DNA of 61,930 nt, filler included, from Hausera hauseri (lineage: Eukaryota): NCBI GenBank assembly GCA_046269625.1. It is 12 parts of 12 records of this genome, joined end to end, with 100 filler letters (N's around TTAATTAATTAA, not from the genome) between each part and the next. Parts side by side here need not be neighbours in the genome. Positions count along the whole stretch, not along the records: positions 9,064 to 17,361 come from JBJURY010695437.1; positions 17,462 to 22,459 come from JBJURY010366149.1; positions 22,560 to 28,439 come from JBJURY010175305.1; 9 more parts are not named here. One strand, given 5' to 3'. Of the stretch, positions 10,560-23,289 are shown one piece after another; the first letter of the stretch is position 1, and each line of letters starts with the position of its first letter. The notes under the pieces were generated by a model. It was not told the origin of the DNA and did not search any database. It saw only the letters and a list, made by a program, of their open reading frames with translations. The translations under genes were made by a program, and so were the position numbers.

Positions 10560-13500
10560 CTTCTGTAGGTGAACAACCTGTAGAAGTATAAGGGGTGTTA
10601 CGCCAACCCAGAAGAACTAGCGGAAGGAGAGTAGTCCAACTGCTATTTGATTCTGCTAGGATTCTCAATGACGTTTTTAGTGATCTGTGGAATCTCTCCA
10701 GAAGATCATTCGATTTGGGATGATACGGTGATATGTGAATATGGCTGATTCTTAAACGGTTAAAGAGCGATTTAAACAAATTGGACTCGAACTGAGTACA
10801 TTGGTCTGTAATAATTAATCTAGGGGATCCAAATCTGCTGATCCAAGTACGTACGAAAAGGTCGGCTATAGTGTCCGTGTTATTGCTTCTTAGTGGGTAA
10901 GCTTCTGGCCAACGTGAGGAACGATCCACTGTGGTCACGATAAACTGATGGCCATTGTCAGGAGGGAGAGGGCCAACGAGGTCAATGTGAACAGACTCGA
11001 AACGTGATGTGCAAGGGAAATGATAAAGTGGTGGCTTCAAATGTTTGGTGATTTTAAATCTCTGGCAAGTCTCGAACTCCTTAACCCACGCTTGCACATC
11101 AGAACGCATAGTCGGCCATATTACTTGCCGGTGGAACAAACGAAAAGTTGCCTTAGCGCCAGGATGGTGCAGTGAATGTAAACTGTTAAACGCTTATCGT
11201 TGTAAAGGTGGTGCGAGGATTATTACGGAAGACCCGGTTTGGAAGTTTCTAAAGCTACGTCGTCAAAAATTGTACAAGACTTAAAAGATTTAAGCATGTC
11301 CTGAGGTGGTTGGTTCTGTTGGAGTTGTGCTTGAGTGAAAATGGGTAAAAAGTTAATCTAACCAACCGTCCTAGATAAGAAATTGGCAACTAAATTATTA
11401 ACGCCGTTTCTGTATTTGATATGGAAACTAAATGTTGATAGATACGATATTTGTCGCTCTTGACGTGTAGACGGGTGTTTCATAGACATAGTAGTGACTA
11501 AAGGTTTGTGATCAGTTTGGATAACAAAACTGCGAGCTATGAGTAAGTGAAAGAAATGTTTTAAAGTCAAAACTATTGCTAGTAGTTCTCGATTGAATGT
11601 AGAATACTTAGTTTCTGGTGGTGTTAATTTTTTAGAAAAAAATTCGAGTGGTTGGTTTTCGCATTTGTATAACTGATTCAACACAGCGCCTACCGCCATG
11701 GTTGAGGCGTCTGTGGTGAGAATAAGTTCAGCGTCCGGCTTAGGAAATGCCAGAATTTCTACGGTTTTGATACCTTCTCGTAGTTTGTCAAACTTATCAA
11801 GCAAATTGGGTCTCCATTAGATAGGTTGATGTTTTTCTCCACTGCTTAGATGTGCGAAAGGCGTTGTGAGTTCCGAACAATATGGGACATATTTGTTAAC
11901 GAAATGTAAAATCCCCAAGAAATTCCTCATCTCTCTGGTGCTTCTAGGTAGTTGTATGCTTTTGAGAGCTTCAACACGTTCTGGTTGGGGAGAATGACTA
12001 TTTGCTGAAATGTGTCTGAGGAAGTTAATACGCTTTTGTAAGAAGTGACACTTCGTAAAATTAATTTGTAAATTATTATGGTTAAGTCGTTCGAAAACGG
12101 AACGAAGGTGTTCCTCATGCTGTTTGGTTGAAGACATGGCAATCAAGATATCGTCGATATATGGATGCGCGAAAGTGAAATCCGAGAGGATGGAGTCGAT
12201 GTGACATTGGAAAGTCTGTGCAGCGTTGCGTAAACCAAAAGGCATATAAATGTATTCGTATAGGCCGAAAGGTGTCGTCACAGCCGTTTTCTCGATATGC
12301 TCGGGTGCTACAGGAATTTGATGATATGCCTTGGCTAAGTCTATAGTTGAATATATTGTAGTGGGATTAAGCTGGTGCAAGATATCCTTAATTAATAGTA
12401 AAGGATATGCATCCATAACAGGTAAAGTGTTTAGCTGACGGTAATCACCTTATGGTCGGAAAGATCTATCCTTTTTTTGGACAACGTGCAAAGGCGAAGA
12501 CCACGGCGATTTAAATCTGCGTACAATGCCAGAGCGTTCAAGGTCTAGAAATTCCGCTTTGACAGCTTGCCTACGACGAGGTGACAATGGACGTACCTTT
12601 TGACGAATAGGTCGTTGATGTTGCGTTATGATGTGATGAAAAGTGTTGTTCATAGATGTGAAGGTTCGATTTTTCTGAATTAAGCGGGGACATGAATTGT
12701 GTATGTATTGCCGAAGACTTTCAGACAATTGCAAGAGATTGTGTGATGGTTGAGGTGTTGAGTCAATATGTGCAGTTACTAATGAGGCTTGCGAGTTATT
12801 GAGATCAAGAGGAAGTTGGTGTAATATAGTAGTGTTAAAAATAGTGTTTGAAGAATTAATTTTATCTAACGAGTGTACTGAGCCGTAGTTGTCAGAACCA
12901 AATCTTGACTGGATATCGATATTATCATTAAAAAATTTGCGAAATGAAAAATGCTTGGATTACTTACATGATTTTTGAGTATAGGCTTTCGCGGGAAGAT
13001 CGTTTGCGCCTTAGTGGATATACTATTTATTCGCTGGGTAAGATATCCAGTAGTGTTACGTTTCAGATATTGTTGTTTGCAATCAACTAAAAGATTATAG
13101 TGCGATAAGAAATCCAAACCTAGGGTTGCTGTGCGGACATTAGCGACGGTAACCGTTTAATGAAACGTGGACTGGAAGTTTGGTAGGGTGAACGATAATT
13201 TAGATGTACCGGAAATGTCTAGCGGTTCTCCTGAAGCCGTAAATAACAATTTAGCTTTGAATGGTGAATTTTGTACAAGGAAAGTGAGTGGTAGCAAAGA
13301 AACCGCAGCGCCTGTGTCGATAAGGAAATCTATGGATTGAGTTGTTGGTGTGGTTATCGAAGCCGTTAGCGTAAAGACTGCAAAAGAAGAGTGTCGGCAG
13401 GTAGTATTAGAGAAATTGCCTTTGCCAGACTCTACCTTGAGTACTGGCGGCGAAATTAGTTTTTTGAAAAAGGAGAAACAGGGCGGCTGTTAGAAGACAT

Positions 13501-14990
13501 GTTTGTGTGCTCTTCATTTGCATGATGAGATTTGTTTTTAAAGGTACAACCAGGAATGCATCTGCATGCATTATATCGGAATTTTGCACGATATATGCAA
13601 ATGACGTTATCTGTATGATATCTTTGGTTATAAAATTTGCACCCTAGGTGGCATTTTTGTGCATTATTGTCAAACTTATCGTGGTAATATCAGATCAGTA
13701 ATCATCTAGGTGAAGGTGAACGACCACGAGATATTGAACGGTTACGGTCACGTATGAAACATTTCCCCTACGAGTTAGTGAAATCTCGTTCGGTTTGTTG
13801 TTAATATTACTTATTGTTGTTTGTAGGGCCGCATTTTCGGCTCGTAGTTGATTTAACTGCTGTTCGAATGTAACATTGTTGGTAGTAACGCCTGCAGAAA
13901 TGACTGGTTGGGTGTGTACATTCAAAACCTCGTATGTTTTGTCTGCCAGTTTGGCCAATTTATCAAGCGTCGTCGATTCTTCGACGACATTAAGTAAGGC
14001 TCTAATTTGTATTGGCAATGCGTTCAGGAAAGGTCGGCGTTATGTTGTTTAGTCACGCCAAGTGTTTGAAGTTGAACGAGTGAAGTTCTGAGGAAATCTG
14101 ATGGTTTTTGCGTCCCCATAGCATTGTCGTTGAAGAAACGATGAATTATGGAGCACATAGATGGTTCGGTAAGCTTTAAAACAGCATTGTAAAGATGGGT
14201 GTATGGATCTGGTTGTTGGAAGGTGTCTAGCAAAACATGAATGGACGTTTTTACGTTTGTCGGTAAAAGGCAAAGTAGGTTATGAGCTGTGGTTAGCGGA
14301 TCAGTGACGTTGTTATACTGCAGTCAAAGTTTGTGAAAGCTAAACCAGGTTTTACTGGATTTTTCGTGGTCTATAAAATACTCCGTGCACTGAGAAGTGT
14401 GTTTGGCTGGCGGGATGGAGAATGTATAACTAGTGAAAGTAGATGGCATGGTGACGATCGACGATTTTTGGTGAAAAGCAAAATGTGATGTTTTAGAAGT
14501 AGTTTTATCAGTGGTGTCGATGGTGGGTGAAGAGTCCATTCCACCACGTATGCGAATATGTACGTGAATGATGATACAATGAGTTGAAGGAGCAGAAAGA
14601 TTGCGAAGAATGACATTAGTTACGGGTAGACTGTTGTATATGAGATAAAAGTCAGAGATGTTGGCGACGCGTAGTGCGTAATTGTGTAAGTAGGATGCGT
14701 CTATGAATTGGGTTATTCTGTGTGTGAGTAAATGGCGATTATTGAGAAAGTATAAAAAGGAAAGGGTCGGTGTAAGCCCAAGTGGTTGATGTGGTGACGG
14801 AACGCACCTTGGCGTGGAACTCACATGCATTGAACGGACAGGCGGGTGGTCAGTCACGTTGTGATTTACTTGAGACTTAAGGTTATTGTTGCACACGCAA
14901 CGACAAAAATTGGAACTATCGAGATAAATGTGCTGTAGAGGGCAACCGCAACGGAGAGCTAAGTTGGAAAGGGGTGATGTTGTGTCAACA
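10560..14990 (-). mobile_element. Ty3/Gypsy element 1 (Ubl-Gag-PR-RT-RH-IN), decayed; integrase truncated at about 10560
   Basis: FLIDTGAAVSLLP protease; YHQIP...KTAVTTPFGLYEY..MPFGLRNAAQTFQ and YIDD RT; TTDAS and TDHKPL RNase H; HIDLVGPLP, DQCTQFES and LERFHR integrase. Confidence 0.93.
14540..14764 (-). CDS. Ubiquitin-like leader (75 aa, ending RIRGG) in frame with the Gag of element 1
   Basis: LSFLYFL...ISDFYLIYNS...IIIHVHIRIRGG|MDSS; ubiquitin-like length, alternating hydrophobic last strand and di-Gly end. Confidence 0.65.
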
Positions 14991-15329
14991 ATGGCATGGA
15001 CAATAATATATAGGAAAAATGAGGAAGAGACATTGTTAATAAAAGGAATATTAAAAAAATATTTGCCGGTCGAAAAGTACACAATGATAAATCTCACCTC
15101 ATCGTACCTCTTATTGAATGACGGCAATACTTTCGAAACAACTGCCAAACCAGAAAGGTCATTTGGATTATAAAATCGACTTCCGAGACCTAAGAAGTCT
15201 AGCAAAACCACCCAAATTTCCATAATGACTAGAAGGTTCTTTTGTAGGTTTTTCCATTGTAGGTTCTTTTTCGTAATTTTATCAGAAATGATCTTCAGAC
15301 TTCTTATTAAAGTTGTGTAATGCTTTTCA

Positions 15330-15720
15330 AGATCGTATTTCTTCGTGATTTGTTGTATAATTTGCATTGTTTTCTTCTGGTACATGTCTGGAACATTCGA
15401 CAAAGGACTTCCACCGTTTCGAATATTTATCTTTCACATCCTCGGGAAATAACTGTTTGATTACTGGAAGATTTATATCAATAGGAATTCTCGATGTTAC
15501 TGAACACGATTCCATAAGAACTGTCGCCATACTTGTTAAACATCCGTCCATAATTTTCGATTTGTTGACAGAGAAAATGAAATTTGGATTTTTGATTATA
15601 TTTACCCGAAATCGTAGTACAAAACTATTACTTTTCCACAAATACAGATTAACTTCATCGGTAATTGGAAGAAATTTTGCAATGTCATCGAAAAGTTCTA
15701 AAATAAAATAAACTGGTGTT
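15330..15720 (-). pseudogene. Plexin cytoplasmic RasGAP C-terminal fragment
   Basis: YFILELFDD.A...WKSNSFVLRFRVNIIKNPNFIF.V.K...DGCL..MA...MESCS matches plexin WKSN.LPLRFWVN.IKNP.FVFD...DACL...FMDSCS. Confidence 0.82.
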
Positions 15721-17559
15721 AAATAAGATTCTTTTGACACAGGAAATTGAGAATTGGGAGATGAAGATTTTTCTATAAATTGAGATGATGCATTTAACTC
15801 GCCACTAATTGAATTGAACAAAGAATTTGACGAGTGTTTGACATCCTCTGGTTTCCTTTTCAAACTGACTGTACAATTTTTATTGGTAACTGCTGGGGTC
15901 TTAAATTGTTTTTCGTCTGGAAACAAACATTTAAGTTTGATTATTCTGTCATGGTCAAGAGACTACGTCTCTAAGAGAATTATTTTGTGATAGACAATTT
16001 GGAATTGAATACCGCCTCGCAGGCATCTCATTAGAATTGTTATCATTATTGTAATTTGGGTCATGAGCATAATATGCTGATCTGATTAAACCGTCACCGG
16101 ACCTGGCCAAAATAAATGAAAGCTTTTCTGTTTGGTGACAAGACTCCATTTTCTTTTGATTAAGTTTTAAAAGGAAATCTGATTTTGCAATACGAGAATT
16201 TAACATATATTTTGATTCTTTTTCGATGTGATGATTAGATGGTTTTTGAATTTCCGTTGGTTGTTCTTCTTTGTCTTCATGTAGAACCTGTAACTGATAA
16301 GGATTCAAAGTAACTTCGTTTGTTAATCTCTGATTTGATTTCAAAAAACTACCATTAGGTTGAATTGTTGCTCTTTAATGTGAGGACGACTGAGATTTCC
16401 GTGGAACGATAGCAGATGAAAGACTTTGTGAAAAACTTTGTCGACGATTTTCAACATGATTAGAAAAAGCCTTCGAAATTGTGTTAGTACTACTATTGGA
16501 TGGCATTCCCCTAACGTGACGAGATGGCTTATTCTTTAAAGCCAGAGTAGCTTTAATGTTGTTCTTTTGGTTGAACAAGAATTTTTTAATATATTCTCGT
16601 AGGTTCTAAAGAAAACATAATATATAAAATAGGATGAACATTTATAGTAACTCTACAATATCAAAATTTTTTATTGCAGATGGAACAACTTTTGTACAGC
16701 CAACAAAATTCTCAAAGAGATCTAAAATGCGCGATGACTAAGTATAAATCTATATATTTTCTGACAACACACAGTCCAACTGGTTAAAATGTCTGCCCAC
16801 TAAAATGTCCAACTCCTGGTTGGTTTTAGTGATCGATTCGCATTATTATGGGGAAAATTGTTAATCAGACTGATCTCTTGTAAAGTACGGTACAGAAAAT
16901 TACAAAGCATGAAGCCTGGCTCCTCTCCTCTTGTTGTTGCTGGTAAAGCAGACTTTCTTTTCGGGGAAGAAGATGAGGCCGGAGGCATGCTCAATCTGGC
17001 AAAGAGGGGTTAAATAGTCATCCAGCTTGACTTCCTCGCCCTCTTCAGGTTTGCAGTTGGGCATCATGTAGGATTCCAGTTCCAAGTTGCCATCGTGAGT
17101 CTCAATAATTATCACCTGCAAATTTTACAAGAAGTTAACATTTTGAAGTGTTATGATTTAAACTGAGGCAGAGGTTTACAATTTTTGTGTTTTTTTTAAA
17201 TCTTGCATTACACAGTCAACGTTAGGGCCTCGGGAATTTTATCCATGGAACGCCAAGGCAGTGAGGCTGGCTATTCGGCCTTTGAATTGCGATATATTCT
17301 AAAGGGTCGGAAACGAGTACAACTTCGTGACAAATTTAACTTAGAAGCCCAGCCTCCCGGTNNNNNNNNNNNNNNNNNNNNNNNNNNNNNNNNNNNNNNN
17401 NNNNNTTAATTAATTAANNNNNNNNNNNNNNNNNNNNNNNNNNNNNNNNNNNNNNNNNNNNATATCAGAAAATCTAACATCGATGACATCATTGAAAGAA
17501 AATGTTTATCTCCAACGACACCACGACCATAAATAAAATGTCAAATTCAATATGAAAAT

Positions 17560-18230
17560 AGTAGGGAAAAATTGGAGATTCTGTCCCACCCCCCTGGGCG
17601 GGTAACCGATAAATCAATTTTGTACTTGTGTCAATCGATAGTGCACACTGTGCACTAGCAATCGATAATGTGCTAGGCAACGGTGCCGGTAGGCACCGTT
17701 GCTAAGCACATTTTTGCACATTTCACAAATCGATCGCTATATATTGCACAATTGATCGAATCAATCGGAACAAAGTGCTAATCGATAGTGCACATCAGTG
17801 CACATAGATTAATGCACAGTGCAGGTGTACTGCACATGTGCAAGTGTGCAAAAATCAATATTATTGGATTTCCGATATTTCCAATATTGATGATTAGGAC
17901 ATGTGACCGGGTGGGATCGATTAGAAACATGGTGCAGTATATGAATGTGCAGTTAGAATTTAAAGTTATCGAGCCGATTTCGAATAATATCGATCCAAAG
18001 TGCAACTGAGGGAGAATCTGCACAGGTTTTTAGGTCCTAAGGAAGCAAAATTCGACATTATAATTAGCGGGGACAGATAGGAAATCGAGTATGGCGATCT
18101 TAAATCTCGAGTCAGATATTCGAAATTTGAATATTTTGGGCTCGAATATAGATTATCGAACTATTCGAAAAATATAACAGCGGAAATCGATTCCTCAAAT
18201 TGGAATACCCCCTTATCCATAAAAATTATT
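17560..18230 (+). repeat. Dispersed palindrome-rich repeat starting AGTAGGG; probable Polinton terminal inverted repeat (copy A)
   Basis: Homologous to 60852-61930 (+) and 53342-53617 (-); 5'-AG start; lies just upstream of pPolB. Confidence 0.6.
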
Positions 18231-18803
18231 CCATGAAAATGTACTATATAGGCACAAAATCAATATTTCGACTTAAACAAAATGTACATTTAAAGCCCAG
18301 TGAAGCGAAAATCAATAAATGTAATATCGGGGCTGGATAGGAATTCATGTACGCCGTATCGGAATGTGATGTTAGATATTCGAATTCGAGCTTACATGTC
18401 GAATACTTAGCTATTCAAACTCGAAAACTCGGTCAAGCATGCATTATTCGAAGAATCTAATGACGTCATTCGATTTCCCATGGTCGAAAACCTTAAATTT
18501 GGCACCACCATATGTTTAATTTAATTGGTGCATTAAAACAAAAGCGCATTAAAACCAATCAATAAGCGAGGCAGTACGTAGTGATATGGCAATATTTTTC
18601 ATTATTTCCAAAATCACTTTAATGAATGGTGAGTTTTTTTTAATTGTGTTCCTCAAATAATTGGTTGATTTTAGATATGCAAACTTTACAGCGAATGTTT
18701 GGCTCAAGTCCACGAGCCGGAAAATTGCCACCGTGTTATGAAGAAGTACTTTGGCCATATGTACAACAGGGTTTAGTATTGTATATGCCCTACATGTAAG
18801 GTA

Positions 18804-21800
18804 GTGTACCAAACCAATTATGAAGACTTTTACAATGACCGTAAACAGCACTTGATTTCCTTCACCAAGTCGAAAAAACAAATATTCAGTACCAATATGC
18901 CAATAACGACTTTCGTACCAAAGGAAAATCAAAGATGCAGTCCATATGTATATTGCACATGTGCAATACACAACCATCAGATTTGCCTCAATACCATGAG
19001 GTGCTATTATGGATACAAATTCAATAGAGTCCTCTATTATATTTGCCCTAAATTTGAGGCTATATGTGATGGAAAATATACTCAGTTTTACAACGATCAT
19101 ATTGCCCATTTGACAGATTTTAATTCAAAGCCAAGGAAGATCATATTTAATGAGCAGCATCCTGCTTTGGCTGCACAGCCAGTTTTACAGCCTGCTTTAG
19201 CAGCAAGGCCTGATGCAAGACCAAAACGCCTATCAGAAATAGCAGCAGATGCTTCATCAAAAAGCCAAAGACAGCAACCAGTTGATGCAGCTGCACTGAA
19301 GAGCAAAGTGCGGCGATACTTCGTGACAGCAGTCGGGCAGACATTGCTCAATGATTTCCTAAATTATTCAAGGCAGGATGCAGCATGAATTTTCCACGAC
19401 AAATTCTTGGAGCTGAAGGCCTTAAGGTGAACTTTAAATTAAAAGCCACCTTCGCCATTGTCAAAGGAGAGCTGTCTAATAGAGCCTTCAAAACAAAGAA
19501 CAGGCTACTATTGAAATCATTTAACATTAAGGATTTTATTACAGAGGACTATGCAAGGCTCATCCCTGAAGCCGAAGAGAGCCAGGACAAGAAGTGCGGT
19601 TGGACTTTAGCAACAATAAAGGGGTTACTTGTGCATGTACACAAGTATTCTCCCATGAGAGGCAGGTCCTACATACCGTTTCATGAATGGATAGTTAAGA
19701 AAAGGCATGTGTCAATGTCCGTAATAATGACAACATGTGTTTCATATATGCCATGTTATCAAAACTAGTCGAGGATCAACATAATTGTTCCAGAGTTTGG
19801 ATGTATAACAAAGTGCAGCACACATACGACTTCAGCTGTATTTCAATCCTGCCGAGCCTAGATGAAGTCGTGAAATTTGAAAGCGTAAACAACATCTCAA
19901 TCAACATCTTTGGATTGGAAGAGGACAAATTTTATTCACTATATGTATTCAAGGAGGTACTGGGGGATCATAGGGATCTACTCCTGCTAGATGATGGAGA
20001 AACGAGGCATTTCATTTGGATTAAGAATTTTGAGCGCCCCCTAGGATCCAAAATATGCAAGCATAATTCAAGGCTCAAAATATGCAAGACATGCTTTACC
20101 TATTTTAATGGAGATACAGCCGCAGAAAAGCTGCTGGAGCAAAATACTTACGGTAGTACAAACTATTGCATCGCCAAGGAGGATTACCTGGAATTCAAGG
20201 AGTTCGAGAAGATGCAGAAGGTGCCAATTATCGTCTATTGTGATTTTGAGGCCATCCTCAGCCCCGTTCATAACTGCAGTCCTAATCCCTAACATAGCCT
20301 CACAACGGCATAAAAATATCATAAACTCTCATCATATTGGATGTATGTCAAAGGATTGGACAGTGAACTATTTTTATTCAAAGGGCCAGACGCAGCAAAA
20401 CATTTTATGACGAGATTCGAAGACATGGCTAATAGGCTTGAAAACATGCTTCAGCAGTATAAGGATAAAATGAGCATGTCGAAGCAGCAAGAAGATAAAT
20501 AACGTAAGGCAACAACATGTAACTTGTGCGACACGTCCTTCACCAAGAAAAATCATAAAGTCAGGGATCATTGCCATTTTACAGGCAAATATCGAGGTGC
20601 AGCATGCAACAACTGCAACTTACGCTGCAAAACATGAACACATGTGCATGTGGTGTTCCACAACCTCAGTGGCTATGATTCCCACTTCATTGTTCGAGAA
20701 ATTGGCAGTATTGAAGGAAACATTAATGTCATCCCCAACAGCGAGAAGCATATCACTTTCACTAAGCATGTTGGTAAAATCCGATTTCGATTCATAGACA
20801 GCTTCCGCTTCATGAGCTTGTCACTGGGTAGTTTAGTGAAGAACGCCTCTGCAGAAGAACTCAAGGAGACGAAGCGGTTCTTCTCCACTAGCTTACGACT
20901 AGATAATATCATGGGAACACTGGATGAGACCTCATTACCGCCCAAAGATGGCTTTTATAGCCAGTTGTCGGACTGTGATATCAGTAATGAGGATTACCAG
21001 CATGCCCATAACGTCTGGCAAGCATTCGAATACCGGACAATAGGGGAATACAGCGACATATACCTCAAGATGGATGTGCTGCAGCTGACAGATGTCTTTG
21101 AGAGTTTTAGGAATGTTACAATGAAGAGCAATGCATTGGATCCGGCTTATTTCTTTACGACTCCAGGGATGAGCTGGACAGCTATGCTGAAATATACTGG
21201 TATTAGGCTGCAGATCATCAAGGATTACGACATGATCCTTATGATCGAGAGAGGCATTAGAGGCGGGATATGCCAGGTCATTTATCGGTATAGTGAGGCC
21301 AATAAGAAGTATATGACCCAATATGATCCATCCAAGGAACCCTCATATATATCATACCTGGATGCCAACAACTTGTATTTATGGGCAATGAGCGCCCCAT
21401 TGCCATATGATAATTTCAAGTGGGTCGTGAATCCTGAAAACATCCCTATATTGGACCTGGATCCCACTGGAGATACAAACTACATACTGGAGGTGGATAT
21501 GGAATATTCGGCTTCCATTCACGCAAGGCATCAACAGCTGCCTTTCATCCCTGAGCGCCAGCCTCCGCCCCATGGAAAGCAGAGAAAACTGCTGTGTCAT
21601 CTTGGTAATAGGGAAAGTTATGTAGTCCACTACATTAATCTCCAGCAAGCAGTTAGACATACACTACGTATTACCAAGATCCATAGAGTCCTGCAGTTCA
21701 AACAGTCCATGTGGCTGCAGTCATACATAAATCCCAATACAAAGTTGCGGACTAATGCCAAGAACGACTTTGAAAAGGACCAGTTCAAGCTTTACAACAA

Positions 21801-22459
21801 CTCGGTCTTTGGCAAGACGATGAAGAATATCCGTAACAGGATCAACATCGAGCTAATATGTAACTGGAAGCGAGCAAAAAAGCTTATTTCCAAGCCTAAC
21901 TCCTATAGCAGCACCATATATACGGAAAACTTGGTAGGCATCCATATGCTAAAAACATCCTTGGTATTCATCAAGCCCATATATGTGGGTATGGCAATCC
22001 TCGACCCGTCAAAGACCCAAATGTATCAATTCCATTAAAATATAATGGTCCCCAAGTTCAAGTCCATGCAGCTGCTGTATATGGATACTGATAGTTTCAT
22101 CTATCAGATCCATACAGATGATATGTATAAGGACTTTGCCCAATTGGCTCAACACATGGATACCTCGGACTATCCAAAGGATCATCCAAATTATTCAATT
22201 GCCAATAAGAAAGTTCTTGAGAAATTCAAAGACGAGGTGAATGGGGCAATATTATCGAGATTTGTGGCTCTCAGATCTAAAATTTATGCCACTCACATAT
22301 GTGGTCAAGTAAAGAAGCGGGCAAAAGGGGTTCAAAGGGCTGTCTTAGCCAAGAAGATCAGTTTTCAGGACTATGTGACAGTTCTGCAGGAGCAGACTTA
22401 CATCATATCGGAAATTAAAAGGATCCAATCTAGCGATCATAACATACAAACTGTATTCT
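18804..22459 (+). pseudogene. Protein-primed family B DNA polymerase (pPolB) of a Polinton with N-terminal region and endonuclease-VII-like insert; frameshifted and truncated by the contig end
   Basis: VYCDFEAIL ExoI; CNLC..VRDHCHFTGKYRGAACNNCN insert; HNLSGYDSHF; DSFRFM; YLDANNLY motif A; KLYNNSVFGK motif B; YMDTDS motif C. Confidence 0.95.
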
Positions 22460-22559
22460 NNNNNNNNNNNNNNNNNNNNNNNNNNNNNNNNNNNNNNNNN
22501 NNNTTAATTAATTAANNNNNNNNNNNNNNNNNNNNNNNNNNNNNNNNNNNNNNNNNNNN

Positions 22560-22740
22560 CTCGAGGAATTAACTATAGGAATAGATATAGAGTAGACTTT
22601 GAAAAGAATGACTCTACTGAGGCATATTATTGGTCCATAATACTGAACATGGGACTTTTGAATAAAAATATAAATAATGGCATCACCATGGATGACTTCA
22701 AAGAAAATTACCCCTTCTTTACATTTGTTCGAGCACCTGG
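22560..22740 (+). pseudogene. Polinton major capsid protein C-terminal fragment
   Basis: AYYWSIILNMGLLNKNINNGITMDDFKENYPFFTFV.AP shares NMGLLNKN(I/V)NNGI(T/S)MD with the capsid fragment at 56790-57310. Confidence 0.7.
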
Positions 22741-23289
22741 TGTCGTTCCAACGATAATTTCAACAATGTTAGAGTATATGAGAGTAAGGATTAGACGACT
22801 TTATTATTTGAAACTCAAAACCTGCCAATATTCAATATTTTCTATAAATCAATCGTATTTACAAATTCCATTTTTTAACTAAGAAACAATATATTGTCGA
22901 CATTTCTCATTCAAAAAAAAAATGTTCCAACAAATTGACGAGAGTAAAATTATAAGCACACAAGTATAAAGAAATCCAAATACATATTTTATGGTGTAAA
23001 ATTGTCAGGAAAATCTTCACAATGATTTCTAAAAAAAATAATAGCGTCAACCAAAATTTCGATTCAATACATTATGACGACGATTTAGCCTTTTGATTCA
23101 AATTTATGAATCGACTGCAGACGACATCATTCAGAACATTGCATTTATTTCTAATTCTTATGCACATCGCATAAATAACAATATTCTTTGGAAACATCAT
23201 TCGATCATGTTGTCTCACTGAAAGTCCAAATAGTCATTTGATCTAACTTATACTCATTAACAAAAACGTCGAAGAAACAAAAACTGGAA

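Noticed and set aside
14324-15403. 359-aa ORF as a single gene
   Set aside because: It spans the junction between host-like sequence downstream of the plexin fragment and the Gypsy Ubl-Gag leader, so it is a composite.
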